Position numbers and translations under genes: made by a program. The notes beneath the pieces are model-generated. The model had not been told where the DNA came from. It did no database searches and saw only the letters and a list, made by a program, of their open reading frames with translations. From an uncultured delta proteobacterium (lineage in GTDB: Bacteria; Myxococcota_A; Polyangia; Fen-1088), in contig CAVYGB010000008.1 of the NCBI GenBank assembly GCA_963767925.1, positions 1,056,001 to 1,120,000 on the forward strand: a stretch of 64,000 bases of DNA, in the 5' to 3' direction. Numbering within the stretch: position 1 is the first letter of the stretch; each line of letters opens with the position of its first letter. Shown here one piece after another: positions 27,042-36,699 of the stretch.

Positions 27042-29069
27042 TCAGAACTCGTACCCCAGGGAGGCGTTCAGCGCAAACGTCCAGCGGGAGTGGAAGTTCT
27101 GGTCCTGCTCGAAGGTCAGCTCGTGCAGGTCGACGTCGGTGAAGCGCTGGACGAAGAAGTAGCGCCGGCCCTCGCCCTGGATGAAGAAGAAGGGCAGGAC
27201 CATGAGGCGGGCCCCGCCGAAGAACACCTCGTTGTCCCCGTCGAAGCGGAAGGCGCCGAGGCCCTTCTCGGTCGTGGTGCTGAACACCTCGTAGCTGGCG
27301 AAGGCCTGCAGGAAGCGCCGGAAGGGCAGCTCGGCGTGCAGACGGAGCGACCCGAACCCCGGCTCCCGGGCGAGGCCGATCTTGCCGTTGCAGGTCTGGG
27401 TGCCCTTGGCGTCCGGCTGGCAGGTCGCGCCGAGGTCGGAGAACTGGGGGGCCATGTAGCCGGCCGTGCGGGGCTCGCCGTAGGGGGTCCAGCCCCGCAG
27501 GAAGGCCCCCACCGTGAGGTAGTCGCGCAGCGAATAGGTCAGCTCGGCGTAGCCGCCGACCCGGCGGCGCCCCTGCCGGCTGGCCTCGAGGAACTCGAGC
27601 TTGGTGGGGTAATAGGTCATGCCGCTCGACGACTGGTAGCCGGCCGGCAGGTACTGGTACTGGAAGATGTCGTGGAAGGTGTCGAAGTAGCCAGGCAGGA
27701 AGGCGGGCCCGAAGGAGGACACCTCGGTGCGCGCGCGCAGGGCCTGGTGCGCGGGTTTGCCGAAGCTGAAGCGCCAGAGCGAGCCAACGGTGACGCCGCT
27801 GTCGTAGGCCAGCATCTTGTCGTAATCGGCGTAGACCTTGATGTCGGCCCAGTCCCGGCGGAGGACCTTGGCCTCGACGTTGATCCCGATGATGCTGGCC
27901 TGGTGGAAGGTGGACCCTTGCAGGTCGAGGTTGGAGTCGAGCTCGGGAATGAGCTGATCGTAAGACCGCCGGAACAGGCCCCGCTCGTAGCGCAGGCCCA
28001 GCGGCTGGTTGCCGCCCCGGATCCAGGAACCCCCGAAAGAGAGGCTGCGCAGCAGCACCTTGTCGCTGAAGGGACGGAAGGGCCGCACGAAGCCCATCAG
28101 ACCGATCACATCGGGGCGGACGAGGTCGTTGGCCAGCGCCTGCACGCCGATGGCCGACTTCGACAGGTCGATGGTCGCGCCGAGCCGGGAGGTGTTGTAG
28201 TCGATGTTCGGGTTGTAGTGGCGGACCACCGTGCCGTGGCCGAAGCTCTGGTCGTAGAGGCGGCTCAAGCTCAGGTAAAAAGGCTGCTCCTGGCCCCCCA
28301 CCTGGACGTTGCGGATGATCTTGGCGAAATCGGAGGGCTCGTCCCAGTCCTCCCGGCGCAGCTTGCCGAAGTTCTGGGTGATCTGACCCTTCTTGTCGTT
28401 CATGCAGGTCGGGATCGCGCTCTCGATGGCGGCCCGGGACTGGCCCTGCATGCGCAGGACCTTGGCCTCTGCGATGCACGTCTCGAACGGGCCGCGCAGG
28501 TCGACCATCTCGAACTGCAGGGGGGCGCCCAGCGAGAGCTTCCAGTTGAAGCGCTGGCTGGACAGGTCGATCAGCGGCTCGACCGTGAAGAAGAAGGAGT
28601 TGATGACGGTGTTCGTGTCGCGCGGGATGGCGCTAGCGCCGCCGGCCACCCCGATGAAGTTGCGCCGGGGACCGGGGCGGAGGCTGAAGTTTTGCAGGTC
28701 GCCCTTGACGAAGTGGGGCCGGGCCCAGGGGTCAACCTCCTCCAGGGTCGGCCGCCGGACGGGCAAGCCGGGGGGCAACGCCGGCGGCTGGGCAGGGGTA
28801 GCCGGGCCGGTGGCGGGGGTGGCCGGGCCGGTGGTGGGGGTAGCCGGGCCGGTGGTGGGGGTAGCCGGGCCGGTGGCGGGGGCCGCGCCGTTCGGACCGG
28901 TGCTGGTGGGACGAGCCGGGCGGGTGGCCCCCGTCGGCCCGCTCGGGCTGGCCGCGCTCGCCCCGCCTGGCCTGGCCGGCGTCTGCTGCGCTGCTCCGTC
29001 CGTCCCCGTCTGAGCCGCGGCGAGGCCGCACCAAAAGACCGCCACGAGAGTCCCGCCGCCGATCGCCAT
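27042..29069 (-). CDS. Predicted outer-membrane beta-barrel protein with a Pro/Thr-rich N-terminal linker
   Basis: Signal peptide, amphipathic aromatic-rich strands, C-terminal ...ASLGYEF BAM-type signal. Confidence 0.62.
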   Translation of the reverse strand: MAIGGGTLVAVFWCGLAAAQTGTDGAAQQTPARPGGASAASPSGPTGATRPARPTSTGPNGAAPATGPATPTTGPATPTTGPATPATGPATPAQPPALPPGLPVRRPTLEEVDPWARPHFVKGDLQNFSLRPGPRRNFIGVAGGASAIPRDTNTVINSFFFTVEPLIDLSSQRFNWKLSLGAPLQFEMVDLRGPFETCIAEAKVLRMQGQSRAAIESAIPTCMNDKKGQITQNFGKLRREDWDEPSDFAKIIRNVQVGGQEQPFYLSLSRLYDQSFGHGTVVRHYNPNIDYNTSRLGATIDLSKSAIGVQALANDLVRPDVIGLMGFVRPFRPFSDKVLLRSLSFGGSWIRGGNQPLGLRYERGLFRRSYDQLIPELDSNLDLQGSTFHQASIIGINVEAKVLRRDWADIKVYADYDKMLAYDSGVTVGSLWRFSFGKPAHQALRARTEVSSFGPAFLPGYFDTFHDIFQYQYLPAGYQSSSGMTYYPTKLEFLEASRQGRRRVGGYAELTYSLRDYLTVGAFLRGWTPYGEPRTAGYMAPQFSDLGATCQPDAKGTQTCNGKIGLAREPGFGSLRLHAELPFRRFLQAFASYEVFSTTTEKGLGAFRFDGDNEVFFGGARLMVLPFFFIQGEGRRYFFVQRFTDVDLHELTFEQDQNFHSRWTFALNASLGYEF
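28795..28878. repeat. 4 x 21-bp in-frame tandem repeat (encodes ATGPATP/TTGPATP)
   Basis: GGGGT(A/G)GCCGGGCCGGTGG(C/T)G at 28795, 28816, 28837 and 28858. Confidence 0.92.
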
Positions 29070-29138
29070 CTCCGATCGCGTTCGGCGCCCGACCGGCCCG
29101 ACTTGAGGGGAGGCCGGCTCGGGGTGGGTGCACGGGCG

Positions 29139-30059
29139 TTAGCGGTTCAGCTCCTCGTTGATCCAGTCGCGCAGGCTCTCCTGGTCCCGGTTGTCGGTGA
29201 ACAGTCGACCATTGATGTAGATGGTGGGGGTGGCGGCGAGGCCCAGGGCCTGCCCCTCGTTCCGGTCCTTCTCCACCCGGGCCTTGATCTCGGCCGACTC
29301 GAAGTCGGCACGCCACCTGGCGACGTCGAGCCCGACGTCCTTGGCGAACTGCTCCATGGCGGCCGGTGTCAAGCTGTCGGCGTTCGCCCACAGCTTGTCG
29401 TTCAAGGGCCAGAACTTGCCCTGCTTGTGGGCGGCCATCCCCGCCTCCGCCGCCGCGCGGGCGTTGGTGTGGCCCCCGAGCGGGTAGTGCTTGAAGAACA
29501 CCCGGACCTCGTCGCGGTACTCTTCCAGGATCTGGCGCAGGACGGGCTGCACCCGCTTGCAGTGGGGGCACTCGTAGTCGACGAACTCGACGATGGTCAC
29601 CGGGGCGGCCGGGCTGCCTTTCCAGGGGGAATCGCCGAGCTCGAGCGTCTTGCGCCCGCCCTTGAACCGCTTCTCGATCGATTCGCCGATCTCCGAGTCG
29701 GTGTAGCCCCCGTCCACCAGCCGGGCGACGTAGCGGGCGGCGTAGAGGGACTTGCGGCAGGAGCGGTCGGTCTTGACCGACTTGATGAGGCTCTCGCCCT
29801 TCCCGCAGGCGGAGGACTCCTTGTTGAGCACCCGGAAGAAGACCTTGCGCTCGAAGTCGTCCAGCTTGCTCAGATCGACGCCCGGGGGGGGCGTGGTGTC
29901 CTCACCTTCGCTCTTCTTGTCGCTGGCCCGCGGGTCGGCGGAGGGGGAAGCGCTGGCGGAGGCCGGGAGGTCGGCCGAGCCCTTGGCGCACGCCGAAGCG
30001 GCAGCCAGCCAACCGGCGAGCGCCGGCACGAACGCAGCGCGTACCATTTCGGAGAGCAT
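29139..30059 (-). CDS. DsbA/thioredoxin-fold lipoprotein
   Basis: AASAC lipobox-like; GSPAAPVTIVEFVDYECPHC, KHYPL, ATPTIYING; extra N-terminal domain with 2 Cys. Start may be ATG 30047. Confidence 0.88.
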   Translation of the reverse strand: MLSEMVRAAFVPALAGWLAAASACAKGSADLPASASASPSADPRASDKKSEGEDTTPPPGVDLSKLDDFERKVFFRVLNKESSACGKGESLIKSVKTDRSCRKSLYAARYVARLVDGGYTDSEIGESIEKRFKGGRKTLELGDSPWKGSPAAPVTIVEFVDYECPHCKRVQPVLRQILEEYRDEVRVFFKHYPLGGHTNARAAAEAGMAAHKQGKFWPLNDKLWANADSLTPAAMEQFAKDVGLDVARWRADFESAEIKARVEKDRNEGQALGLAATPTIYINGRLFTDNRDQESLRDWINEELNR

Positions 30060-30198
30060 CGCACAGAGTTTTAGGAATGGCTTGCACCGGTGTCAATGTG
30101 CGCGTGGGCGCGCGAACGCGCGCGATCAGCCGACCCGACCGACATCGAGCGCGGTCCGCGCCGGGGCCCTGGCCTCGACGCCGCGCCCGGCTTTGCAA

Positions 30199-30227
30199 TT
30201 GACGGGCGACCGGTCAACCACTATAAA
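30199..30227 (+). promoter_or_regulatory. Sigma70-type promoter for the nuo operon
   Basis: TTGACG (30199-30204), 17 bp spacer, TATAAA (30222-30227), 21 nt upstream of the nuoA ATG. Confidence 0.7.
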
Positions 30228-30248
30228 TCCCGGCGTTCGAGAGACACG

Positions 30249-30650
30249 ATGAGCTCCGACTACCTAGCAGCAGCGATCGCCATCATCGCCGGGGTCGGAA
30301 TGGCGTTGCTCCTCACCCTGGCATCCAAATACCTCGGACCCAGCCGTCCGACCAAGGCGAAGGCCATCCCGTACGAGGCCGGCTCCGATGTCATCGGCAG
30401 CCCGCGCGCACGGTTCTCGGTGAAGTTCTACCAGGTTGCCATTCTGTTTCTGGTGTTCGACATCGAGGCGGCCTTCCTCTACCCCTGGGCGGTCAACTAC
30501 CGCGCGCTGTCCTGCAAGGGACCGCTCGCCGGTGGCGTCTGCACGGCGGGCGTGTCCTTGTTCGGTCTCGGCGGCGTCCTGGTCTTCATGAGCCTCCTCG
30601 TCGTGGCGCTGGCCTACGTCTGGCGGAAGCGCGCGGTAGGCTGGGAGTAA
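30249..30650 (+). CDS. nuoA: NADH-quinone oxidoreductase subunit A
   Basis: K..PYEAG, FSVKFY.VAILFLVFDIE..FLYPWA, YVWRK..WE. Confidence 0.94.
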   Translation: MSSDYLAAAIAIIAGVGMALLLTLASKYLGPSRPTKAKAIPYEAGSDVIGSPRARFSVKFYQVAILFLVFDIEAAFLYPWAVNYRALSCKGPLAGGVCTAGVSLFGLGGVLVFMSLLVVALAYVWRKRAVGWE

Positions 30651-30664
30651 AGGAGCAACCGACC

Positions 30665-31189
30665 ATGGGATTCGACGTCTACACCAGCAAGCTCGCCGAC
30701 GCGGTCAACTGGGCCCGGAAGTTCTCCCTCTTCAACTACCCGTTCGTGACGGCCTGTTGCGGGATGGAGTTCATGGCCACCGCCGGCCCGAAGTACGACC
30801 TCGCGCGCTTCGGCTCCGAGTTCCCTCGCTTCTCGCCCCGCCAGGCCGACATGCTGGTGGTGGTCGGCACGATCACCGAACGGCAGGGGCCGGCCCTCCG
30901 CCGCATCTACGATCAGATGTGCGAGCCCAAGTGGGTAATGGCCTTCGGCGTCTGCGCCTCGACGGGGGGCTTTTACCAGAACTACTCGACCATGCCGGGC
31001 TGCGACCAGGTCATCCCCGTCGACGTGTACATCCCCGGCTGCCCGCCCCGGCCCGAGCAGGTCCTCGATGGCCTCATGATGCTGCAGGAGCGCATCCAGC
31101 GCGGCGAGGGCCACAGCCAGGTCACCCTCAAGGCAGAGCGGGGCTACGACGTGCCGATCGCCGCCATCCGGCCGATCGGCCAGCGTTGA
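30665..31189 (+). CDS. nuoB: NADH-quinone oxidoreductase subunit B
   Basis: TACCGME, SPRQAD, GVCASTGG, VDVYIPGCPPRPE. Confidence 0.96.
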   Translation: MGFDVYTSKLADAVNWARKFSLFNYPFVTACCGMEFMATAGPKYDLARFGSEFPRFSPRQADMLVVVGTITERQGPALRRIYDQMCEPKWVMAFGVCASTGGFYQNYSTMPGCDQVIPVDVYIPGCPPRPEQVLDGLMMLQERIQRGEGHSQVTLKAERGYDVPIAAIRPIGQR

Positions 31190-31247
31190 GCGCGAGCACC
31201 CCCCCGAGACACCCGGCACGAGCAACCCGACAGACGAAAAAAGGGCC

Positions 31248-31742
31248 ATGGCGCAGATCATCCTCGACCGGCTCAGCCAGACCTTCACCGGCGGTGAGAT
31301 CCTCGAGAGCGGCTCCTCGCTGGGAAACGAGTGGGCCCGCATCCGGACCGACGCCTGGGCGGCGGTGGCGCGTTTCCTCAAGGAAGACACCGTCACCAAC
31401 CTGGACATGTTCGTCGATCTGACCTGCGTCGATCGCTTCGGGCGAGAGCCACGGTTCGACGTCGTCCTGCACCTCTACTCCCTGGACAAGAAGCACCGGG
31501 TGCGGCTCTACGCCGGGGTGTCCGAGGAAGATCCCACCATCGAGACCCTGGTGCCGATGTGGCTGGGCGCCGACTGGTTCGAGCGGGAGGCTTTCGATCT
31601 CTATGGCGTCCGCTTCATGGGCCACCCCGACCTGCGGCGCATCCTCATGTACCCGGAGTTCGTGGGCCACCCCTTGCGCAAGGACTATCCCAAGGAGAAG
31701 CGGCAGCCGCTGGTCCGCCGCGAACCAGGTAAAGTGGACTAG
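31248..31742 (+). CDS. nuoC: NADH-quinone oxidoreductase subunit C
   Basis: [36 protein letters not shown]. Confidence 0.95.
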   Translation: MAQIILDRLSQTFTGGEILESGSSLGNEWARIRTDAWAAVARFLKEDTVTNLDMFVDLTCVDRFGREPRFDVVLHLYSLDKKHRVRLYAGVSEEDPTIETLVPMWLGADWFEREAFDLYGVRFMGHPDLRRILMYPEFVGHPLRKDYPKEKRQPLVRREPGKVD

Positions 31743-31748
31743 GTAACG

Positions 31749-33035
31749 ATGGCGACCAACAGCAGCACGACCAGCGGGGTGCCGGCCACGACCGCCACTC
31801 CGACCAGCCGCCGGATGGTCCTCGGCATCAAGGACGCGGCCGACCTCGACGAGCCGGAGCTCCCCTCCGAGACGATGCCCCTCAACATGGGCCCCTCCCA
31901 CCCGGCCATGCACGGAACCGTGCGGATGGTGCTGGAGGTCGAGGGGGAGAAGATCGTCTCGGCCGACGTGCAGGTGGGGTACCTGCACCGCTGCTTCGAG
32001 AAAGAATCGGAGTACGCTACCTACACCCAGATCTTCCCTTACACCGATCGCCTAAACTACGTCTCGCCGATGTTGAACAACGTCGGCTACGCCCTGGCGG
32101 TGGAGAAGCTGCTGGGGGTCGAAAAGGCGGTGCCCGAGCGCGCGCAGTACATCCGGGTGATCGTGGGGGAGGTGTCCCGCATCTGCGATCACCTCACCTG
32201 CCTGGGCGCGGGGGCCATGGAGCTGGGCGCCTTCGGCCCCTTCCTCTACAACCTCAAGTTCCGGGAGTGGCTGTGGGAGCTCCTCGAGGAGATCTCGGGC
32301 GCCCGCCTCACCCACAGCTATCTCCGCATCGGCGGCGTCTCGGGGGACATGCCCGAGGGCTGGGCGGACAAGCTGCGGGACGTCTTCGCCCGCGGCCGGA
32401 CGGTGCTGGCCGAGGTCGACAAGCTGCTCACGCGCAACCGGATCTTCCGGGATCGCATGGACGGCATCGGCATCATCACCCGCGAGGACGTGGCCCAATA
32501 CGGGCTGACCGGGCCGATGGCCCGCTCGGCCGGGGTGGCCTACGACATCCGCAAGGACCACCCCTACCTGGTCTACGACCGCTTCGACTTCGACGTCCCC
32601 GTGGGGTCGGTGGGGGACAACTTCGATCGCTTTGCCGTGCGGGTCGAGGAGATGCACCAGTCCATGCGCATCGTCGAGCAGGCGCTCGATCAGATCCAGC
32701 CGGGCCCCACCTTGCTCAACGATCCCCGCATCGTGCTGCCGGCCAAGAGCGAGACCTACAACAGCATCGAGGCCATGATCTCGCACTTCAAGCTGATCAT
32801 GGACGGGATCCGGGTCCCCGCCGGAGAGATCTACTCCTTCACCGAAGGGGGCAACGGGGAGCTCGGCTTTTACATCGTGTCCGACGGAACTGGACGACCC
32901 TGGAAATGCCGGGTGCGTCCCCCCAGCTTCGCCAATACGGCGATCCTCAACAGGCTGCTGGTCGGTCTGTTCATAGCCGACGTGGTCCCCACCTTCGGCA
33001 TGATCAACATGATCGGTGGGGAGTGTGACCGCTGA
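31749..33035 (+). CDS. nuoD: NADH-quinone oxidoreductase subunit D
   Basis: [42 protein letters not shown]. Confidence 0.96.
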   Translation: MATNSSTTSGVPATTATPTSRRMVLGIKDAADLDEPELPSETMPLNMGPSHPAMHGTVRMVLEVEGEKIVSADVQVGYLHRCFEKESEYATYTQIFPYTDRLNYVSPMLNNVGYALAVEKLLGVEKAVPERAQYIRVIVGEVSRICDHLTCLGAGAMELGAFGPFLYNLKFREWLWELLEEISGARLTHSYLRIGGVSGDMPEGWADKLRDVFARGRTVLAEVDKLLTRNRIFRDRMDGIGIITREDVAQYGLTGPMARSAGVAYDIRKDHPYLVYDRFDFDVPVGSVGDNFDRFAVRVEEMHQSMRIVEQALDQIQPGPTLLNDPRIVLPAKSETYNSIEAMISHFKLIMDGIRVPAGEIYSFTEGGNGELGFYIVSDGTGRPWKCRVRPPSFANTAILNRLLVGLFIADVVPTFGMINMIGGECDR

Positions 33036-34678
33036 TGCCCGATCCCAGCCAGAGCTCGACCGCCCCCAAGACCCCGCCACCACCTGCCAGCCCGGCCGCG
33101 CCGGCGCCCGAGACGGTGACGGTGAACATCGACGGACGGGCCCATCAGTTCCCCAAGGGGACCAACCTGCTGGAGGCCTGCAACGAGGTCGGGTGCAACG
33201 TACCCTTCTTCTGCTACCACGAAGGGCTCTCCTCGCCCGCCGTCTGCCGCCAGTGCCTGGTGGAGGTCAAGGGCCAGCCCAAGCCGGTGCCTTCCTGCTA
33301 CACGCCGGTGGCCGACAAGATGGAGGTGAGGACCAACTCGAAGTGGGTGCTGGACATCCGGCGCCAGATGCTCGAGTTCACCCTGCTCAACCACCCCATC
33401 GATTGCCCCATCTGCGACAAGGCGGGTGAGTGCACCCTGCAGAAGCACTACTTCGACTGGGACGCCAAGTTTGCCCGCAACGACGGGATCAAGGTCGAGA
33501 AGGACAAGGTCGTCGACATCGGCCGGCACATCGTCCTCGACCAGGAGCGATGCATCCTCTGCACCCGCTGCATCCGGGTCTGCGACGAGGTGGCCAAGCA
33601 GCCCGAGCTGACGATGGCCAAGCGTGGGGACCACGAGGTGCTCACCACCGCCCCCGGCCGGCGCCTGGACAACCCCTATTCGCTCAACACGGTCGACGTC
33701 TGCCCGGTGGGCGCCTTGACCTCCAAGGACTTCCGCTTCGCCATGCGGGCCTGGGAGCTGATGTCGACCCCCTCGGTGTGCAACGGCTGTGCCACGGGGT
33801 GCAACGTCGAGGTGCACGGATCGCGCAACCAGATCTACCGACTGGTGCCCCGGCAGAACGACGCGGTCAACAAGCACTGGATGTGCGACGAAGGCCGCTT
33901 CACCTACAAGGCCATCAACGACCGCCGGCTGGCCGTCCCCCTTTCGGGGGGCGTGCCGGTGGACTGGGATCGGGCTCTCGAGGACGCCGCCGCCCGCCTG
34001 CGCGCGGTCCGCGAGAAGTCGCCCGGCGGGCTGGGCGTGATCTTCTCGGCCGGGTCGAGCAACGAGGATCTGCACGCCCTGGCTCGCCTGGCCTTCGATA
34101 ACCTGCAGGTCGACCGGGCCTACCTGGTGGGTCGAGGCGAGGGCTGGTTCGACGACATCCTCGTGAGCGCGGACAAGAACCCGAACACGGCTGGCGCCAA
34201 GGCCATCGGCGGCCCCGGGCTCAAGACCGTCTCCGATCTGAGCCGCGACCTGCGCGACGGCGCGCTCTCGGCTTTGCTCGTCGTTGGTGACGAGGGGGTC
34301 CTGCGCGGCGCCGAGCCGGCGGCCTTCCCCTGGGAGCGGCTCGAGGCCCTCATCGTCCTGGCCAGCCACCAGGGCCCGCTGGTGGACGCGGCCCAGGTGG
34401 CCCTGCCCCTGGCGCTCTGGGCAGAGGTCGACGGGACCGTCACCAACCGCACCGGCCGGGTCCAGCGCATGCGCGCCGCCCTCGAGCCGGCCGGCGACGC
34501 CCTGCCGGGCTGGGAGATCCTCTCTCACCTGGCCCACCGCCTGGGCATCGCCATGGACCTCGAGACGGCCAAGAAGGTCTTCCTCGAGGCCCAGCAGAAG
34601 TACCCCTTCATGAAAGGCGCCGAGTGGGGCCGCCCGATGCTGCCGGTGCAGCTCCGGTTCGCCAACACACGAGGCTGA
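33035..34678 (+). CDS. nuoG: NADH-quinone oxidoreductase subunit G, short form (547 aa)
   Basis: FCYH...CRQC, HPIDCPICDKAGEC, CILCTRC..CPVGAL, CNGCATGC..MCDEG Fe-S motifs. Confidence 0.88.
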   Translation: MPDPSQSSTAPKTPPPPASPAAPAPETVTVNIDGRAHQFPKGTNLLEACNEVGCNVPFFCYHEGLSSPAVCRQCLVEVKGQPKPVPSCYTPVADKMEVRTNSKWVLDIRRQMLEFTLLNHPIDCPICDKAGECTLQKHYFDWDAKFARNDGIKVEKDKVVDIGRHIVLDQERCILCTRCIRVCDEVAKQPELTMAKRGDHEVLTTAPGRRLDNPYSLNTVDVCPVGALTSKDFRFAMRAWELMSTPSVCNGCATGCNVEVHGSRNQIYRLVPRQNDAVNKHWMCDEGRFTYKAINDRRLAVPLSGGVPVDWDRALEDAAARLRAVREKSPGGLGVIFSAGSSNEDLHALARLAFDNLQVDRAYLVGRGEGWFDDILVSADKNPNTAGAKAIGGPGLKTVSDLSRDLRDGALSALLVVGDEGVLRGAEPAAFPWERLEALIVLASHQGPLVDAAQVALPLALWAEVDGTVTNRTGRVQRMRAALEPAGDALPGWEILSHLAHRLGIAMDLETAKKVFLEAQQKYPFMKGAEWGRPMLPVQLRFANTRG

Positions 34679-34679
34679 G

Positions 34680-35816
34680 ATGGACGCGAACCCGGGACTC
34701 TTCTCTTACGGCCAGCCTGGCTTCTGGGCCGTGGCGGCGGCGATCAAGGTCCTCTACCTGATGCTGGCCATCGGGCCGGGCGTGGCCTCGATCCTCACCT
34801 GGCTCGAGCGGCGCCAGTCCTCGATGATGCAGGACCGGCTGGGACCCAACCGGGCCAACATCGGTCCCTTCCGCGCCTGGGGCATCACCCACTTCCTGGC
34901 CGACGCCCTCAAGTTCCTCTTCAAGGAGGACTTCGTGCCGCCCAAGGCGCACAAGTTCCTCTTCGCGCTGGCCCCCATCTTGGCCCTGGCCCCCGCCCTG
35001 ATCGTGGCGGCCATCTTGCCGTTCGGTCCCCCTCTGTGCTGGGGCCAGCTCCTGGAGGCGGTGCCGCCGGGGCAATGCGCCCAGCCCATCGATCTGCAGA
35101 TCGCCCGGCTCGACGTCGGCATCCTCTTCTACTTTGCCATCGCCTCGCTGTCGGTCTACGGCGCGACCCTGGCGGGCTGGGCCTCGTACAACAAGTGGGC
35201 GCTGATGGGCGGCCTGCGGGCCAGCTCTCAGATGGTCTCTTACGAGGTGACGATGGGCATGGCGGTGCTGGCCATGTTCCTGTTTTACGGGACCCTCGAG
35301 CCGGGGGCGATGGTCGCCCAGCAGGGGGGGCTGCCCTGGGACTGGGGCATCTTCGGGGTGCCTCAGTTCATCGCCTTCGTGCTGTTCCTGACGGCGGCCA
35401 TCGCCGAGACCAAGCGCACCCCCTTCGACATCCCGGAAGGCGAGCCGGAGATCATCGGGTACTTCGTGGAGTATTCGGGCCTCCGCTTCGGCATGTTCTT
35501 CCTCGGGGAGTTCATCGAGATCGTCTTCTCGAGCGCGCTCATGGTGACGATCTTCCTGGGGGGCTGGCACCTTCCTCTGCCGATCGGCGTCGAGCAGCAG
35601 CTCGCGGCGAGCATCCCCAACATCGCCTACGTCCTGATGGTCCACGGCTGGTGGCTGGCCAAGGTCTTCGTGTTCTGCGCCTTCCAGCTCCTGCTGCGCT
35701 GGTCGTTGCCCCGCTTCCGGCCGGATCAGCTCATGCAGCTCGGCTGGCAGCGGCTGCTGCCCATCTCCATCGCCAATGTCCTCATCGCCGCGTCCTGGAT
35801 TCTGCTAACCCAGTAG
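34680..35816 (+). CDS. nuoH: NADH-quinone oxidoreductase subunit H
   Basis: ERR..QDRLGPN, ADALK, GGLRASSQMVSYE, AETKRTPFD..EGE, EYSG, PRFRPDQLM. Confidence 0.96.
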   Translation: MDANPGLFSYGQPGFWAVAAAIKVLYLMLAIGPGVASILTWLERRQSSMMQDRLGPNRANIGPFRAWGITHFLADALKFLFKEDFVPPKAHKFLFALAPILALAPALIVAAILPFGPPLCWGQLLEAVPPGQCAQPIDLQIARLDVGILFYFAIASLSVYGATLAGWASYNKWALMGGLRASSQMVSYEVTMGMAVLAMFLFYGTLEPGAMVAQQGGLPWDWGIFGVPQFIAFVLFLTAAIAETKRTPFDIPEGEPEIIGYFVEYSGLRFGMFFLGEFIEIVFSSALMVTIFLGGWHLPLPIGVEQQLAASIPNIAYVLMVHGWWLAKVFVFCAFQLLLRWSLPRFRPDQLMQLGWQRLLPISIANVLIAASWILLTQ

Positions 35817-35834
35817 GGAGTCGAGAACCATCCA

Positions 35835-36479
35835 ATGGCCGTCGGAGTCATAGTCGTCGCCCGCCCGGGGAGCTTCTCCCAGCAGATGTATTTGCCTGCC
35901 ATCGCCGAAGGGCTGGGAGTCACCTTCCGGCACTTCATGAAAAACTGGATCGGGAACATCACCGGGCGGCGTCACAAGACCGATATCGTCACCGTGCAGT
36001 ACCCCGAGGAGAAGGTGCCGTACCCGGCCCGCTTCCGCGGCCTGCACCGGCTCATGTTGCGCGACGATGGGGAGGTGCGGTGTGTGGCCTGCATGATGTG
36101 CCCCACCGTCTGCCCCGCCCACTGCATCACGATCGTGCCCGAGGAGGCCCCGGACGGACGTATCGAGAAGCGTCCCAAGATCTTCGAGATCGACGAGCTT
36201 CGCTGCGTCGTCTGTGGCCTGTGTGCCGAGGCCTGCCCTTGTGACGCCATCCGGATGGACACGATGGAGCACGCCAAGCCGACCTACCGTCGCGCCGACG
36301 CCGTCCTCGACAAGGAGGAGCTGCTCTCGCGCGGCGCCAAGTCCATCGCGGTCCAGGGCGGGGTGGGGGGGTTCTGGCGGGAGAAGCTGAACGGGCAGAG
36401 CCAGACCCCGCCCGAGGGTGCGGTGGTGCCCGCTGGGGCTCCAACCGGGCCCCCCGCCGTCTCCAAAGCGGGCCCTTGA
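35835..36479 (+). CDS. nuoI: NADH-quinone oxidoreductase subunit I
   Basis: TVQYPEE, RFRG.H, CVACMMCPTVCP and CVVCGLCAEACP. Confidence 0.95.
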   Translation: MAVGVIVVARPGSFSQQMYLPAIAEGLGVTFRHFMKNWIGNITGRRHKTDIVTVQYPEEKVPYPARFRGLHRLMLRDDGEVRCVACMMCPTVCPAHCITIVPEEAPDGRIEKRPKIFEIDELRCVVCGLCAEACPCDAIRMDTMEHAKPTYRRADAVLDKEELLSRGAKSIAVQGGVGGFWREKLNGQSQTPPEGAVVPAGAPTGPPAVSKAGP

Positions 36480-36504
36480 CCGACGGCCAGCGGCCGGCCA
36501 TCAT
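36476..36504 (+). promoter_or_regulatory. Putative sigma70-type promoter for the 6S-like RNA
   Basis: TTGACC (36476-36481, overlapping the nuoI stop), 17 bp spacer, CATCAT (36499-36504); implies a TSS near 36511. Confidence 0.5.
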
Positions 36505-36512
36505 CTCGATCG

Positions 36513-36699
36513 GACCTTCTGCACGGTTCGATTACGGAAGAGATTTTTTTCCCCTACAGGCAATCACCCGGGAGCTGCCTCTGGCCGATGGAATGAGCAC
36601 GCCCGCGAGTCGGGAAGCCCGATGCGGTCATCTTCAGCGGCTCCCCCCTTACTAATCGTAGGGGTTCAAAACTCTCCCGAACGGCCGAGGCGGAAGGTT
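36513..36699 (+). ncRNA. ssrS: 6S RNA
   Basis: About 187-nt rod: GACCTTCTGC/GCGGAAGGTT, CCCCTAC/GTAGGGG, central bubble, GGGAGCTGC/GCGGCTCCC. TGAGCACGCCCG...CGGGAAGCC and GGGTTCAA resemble E. coli 6S segments. A U-tract follows. Confidence 0.8.

Noticed and set aside
28795..28878. 21-bp repeats as a CRISPR array
   Set aside because: The repeats are head-to-tail with no spacers, lie in frame within a CDS, and there are no cas genes.
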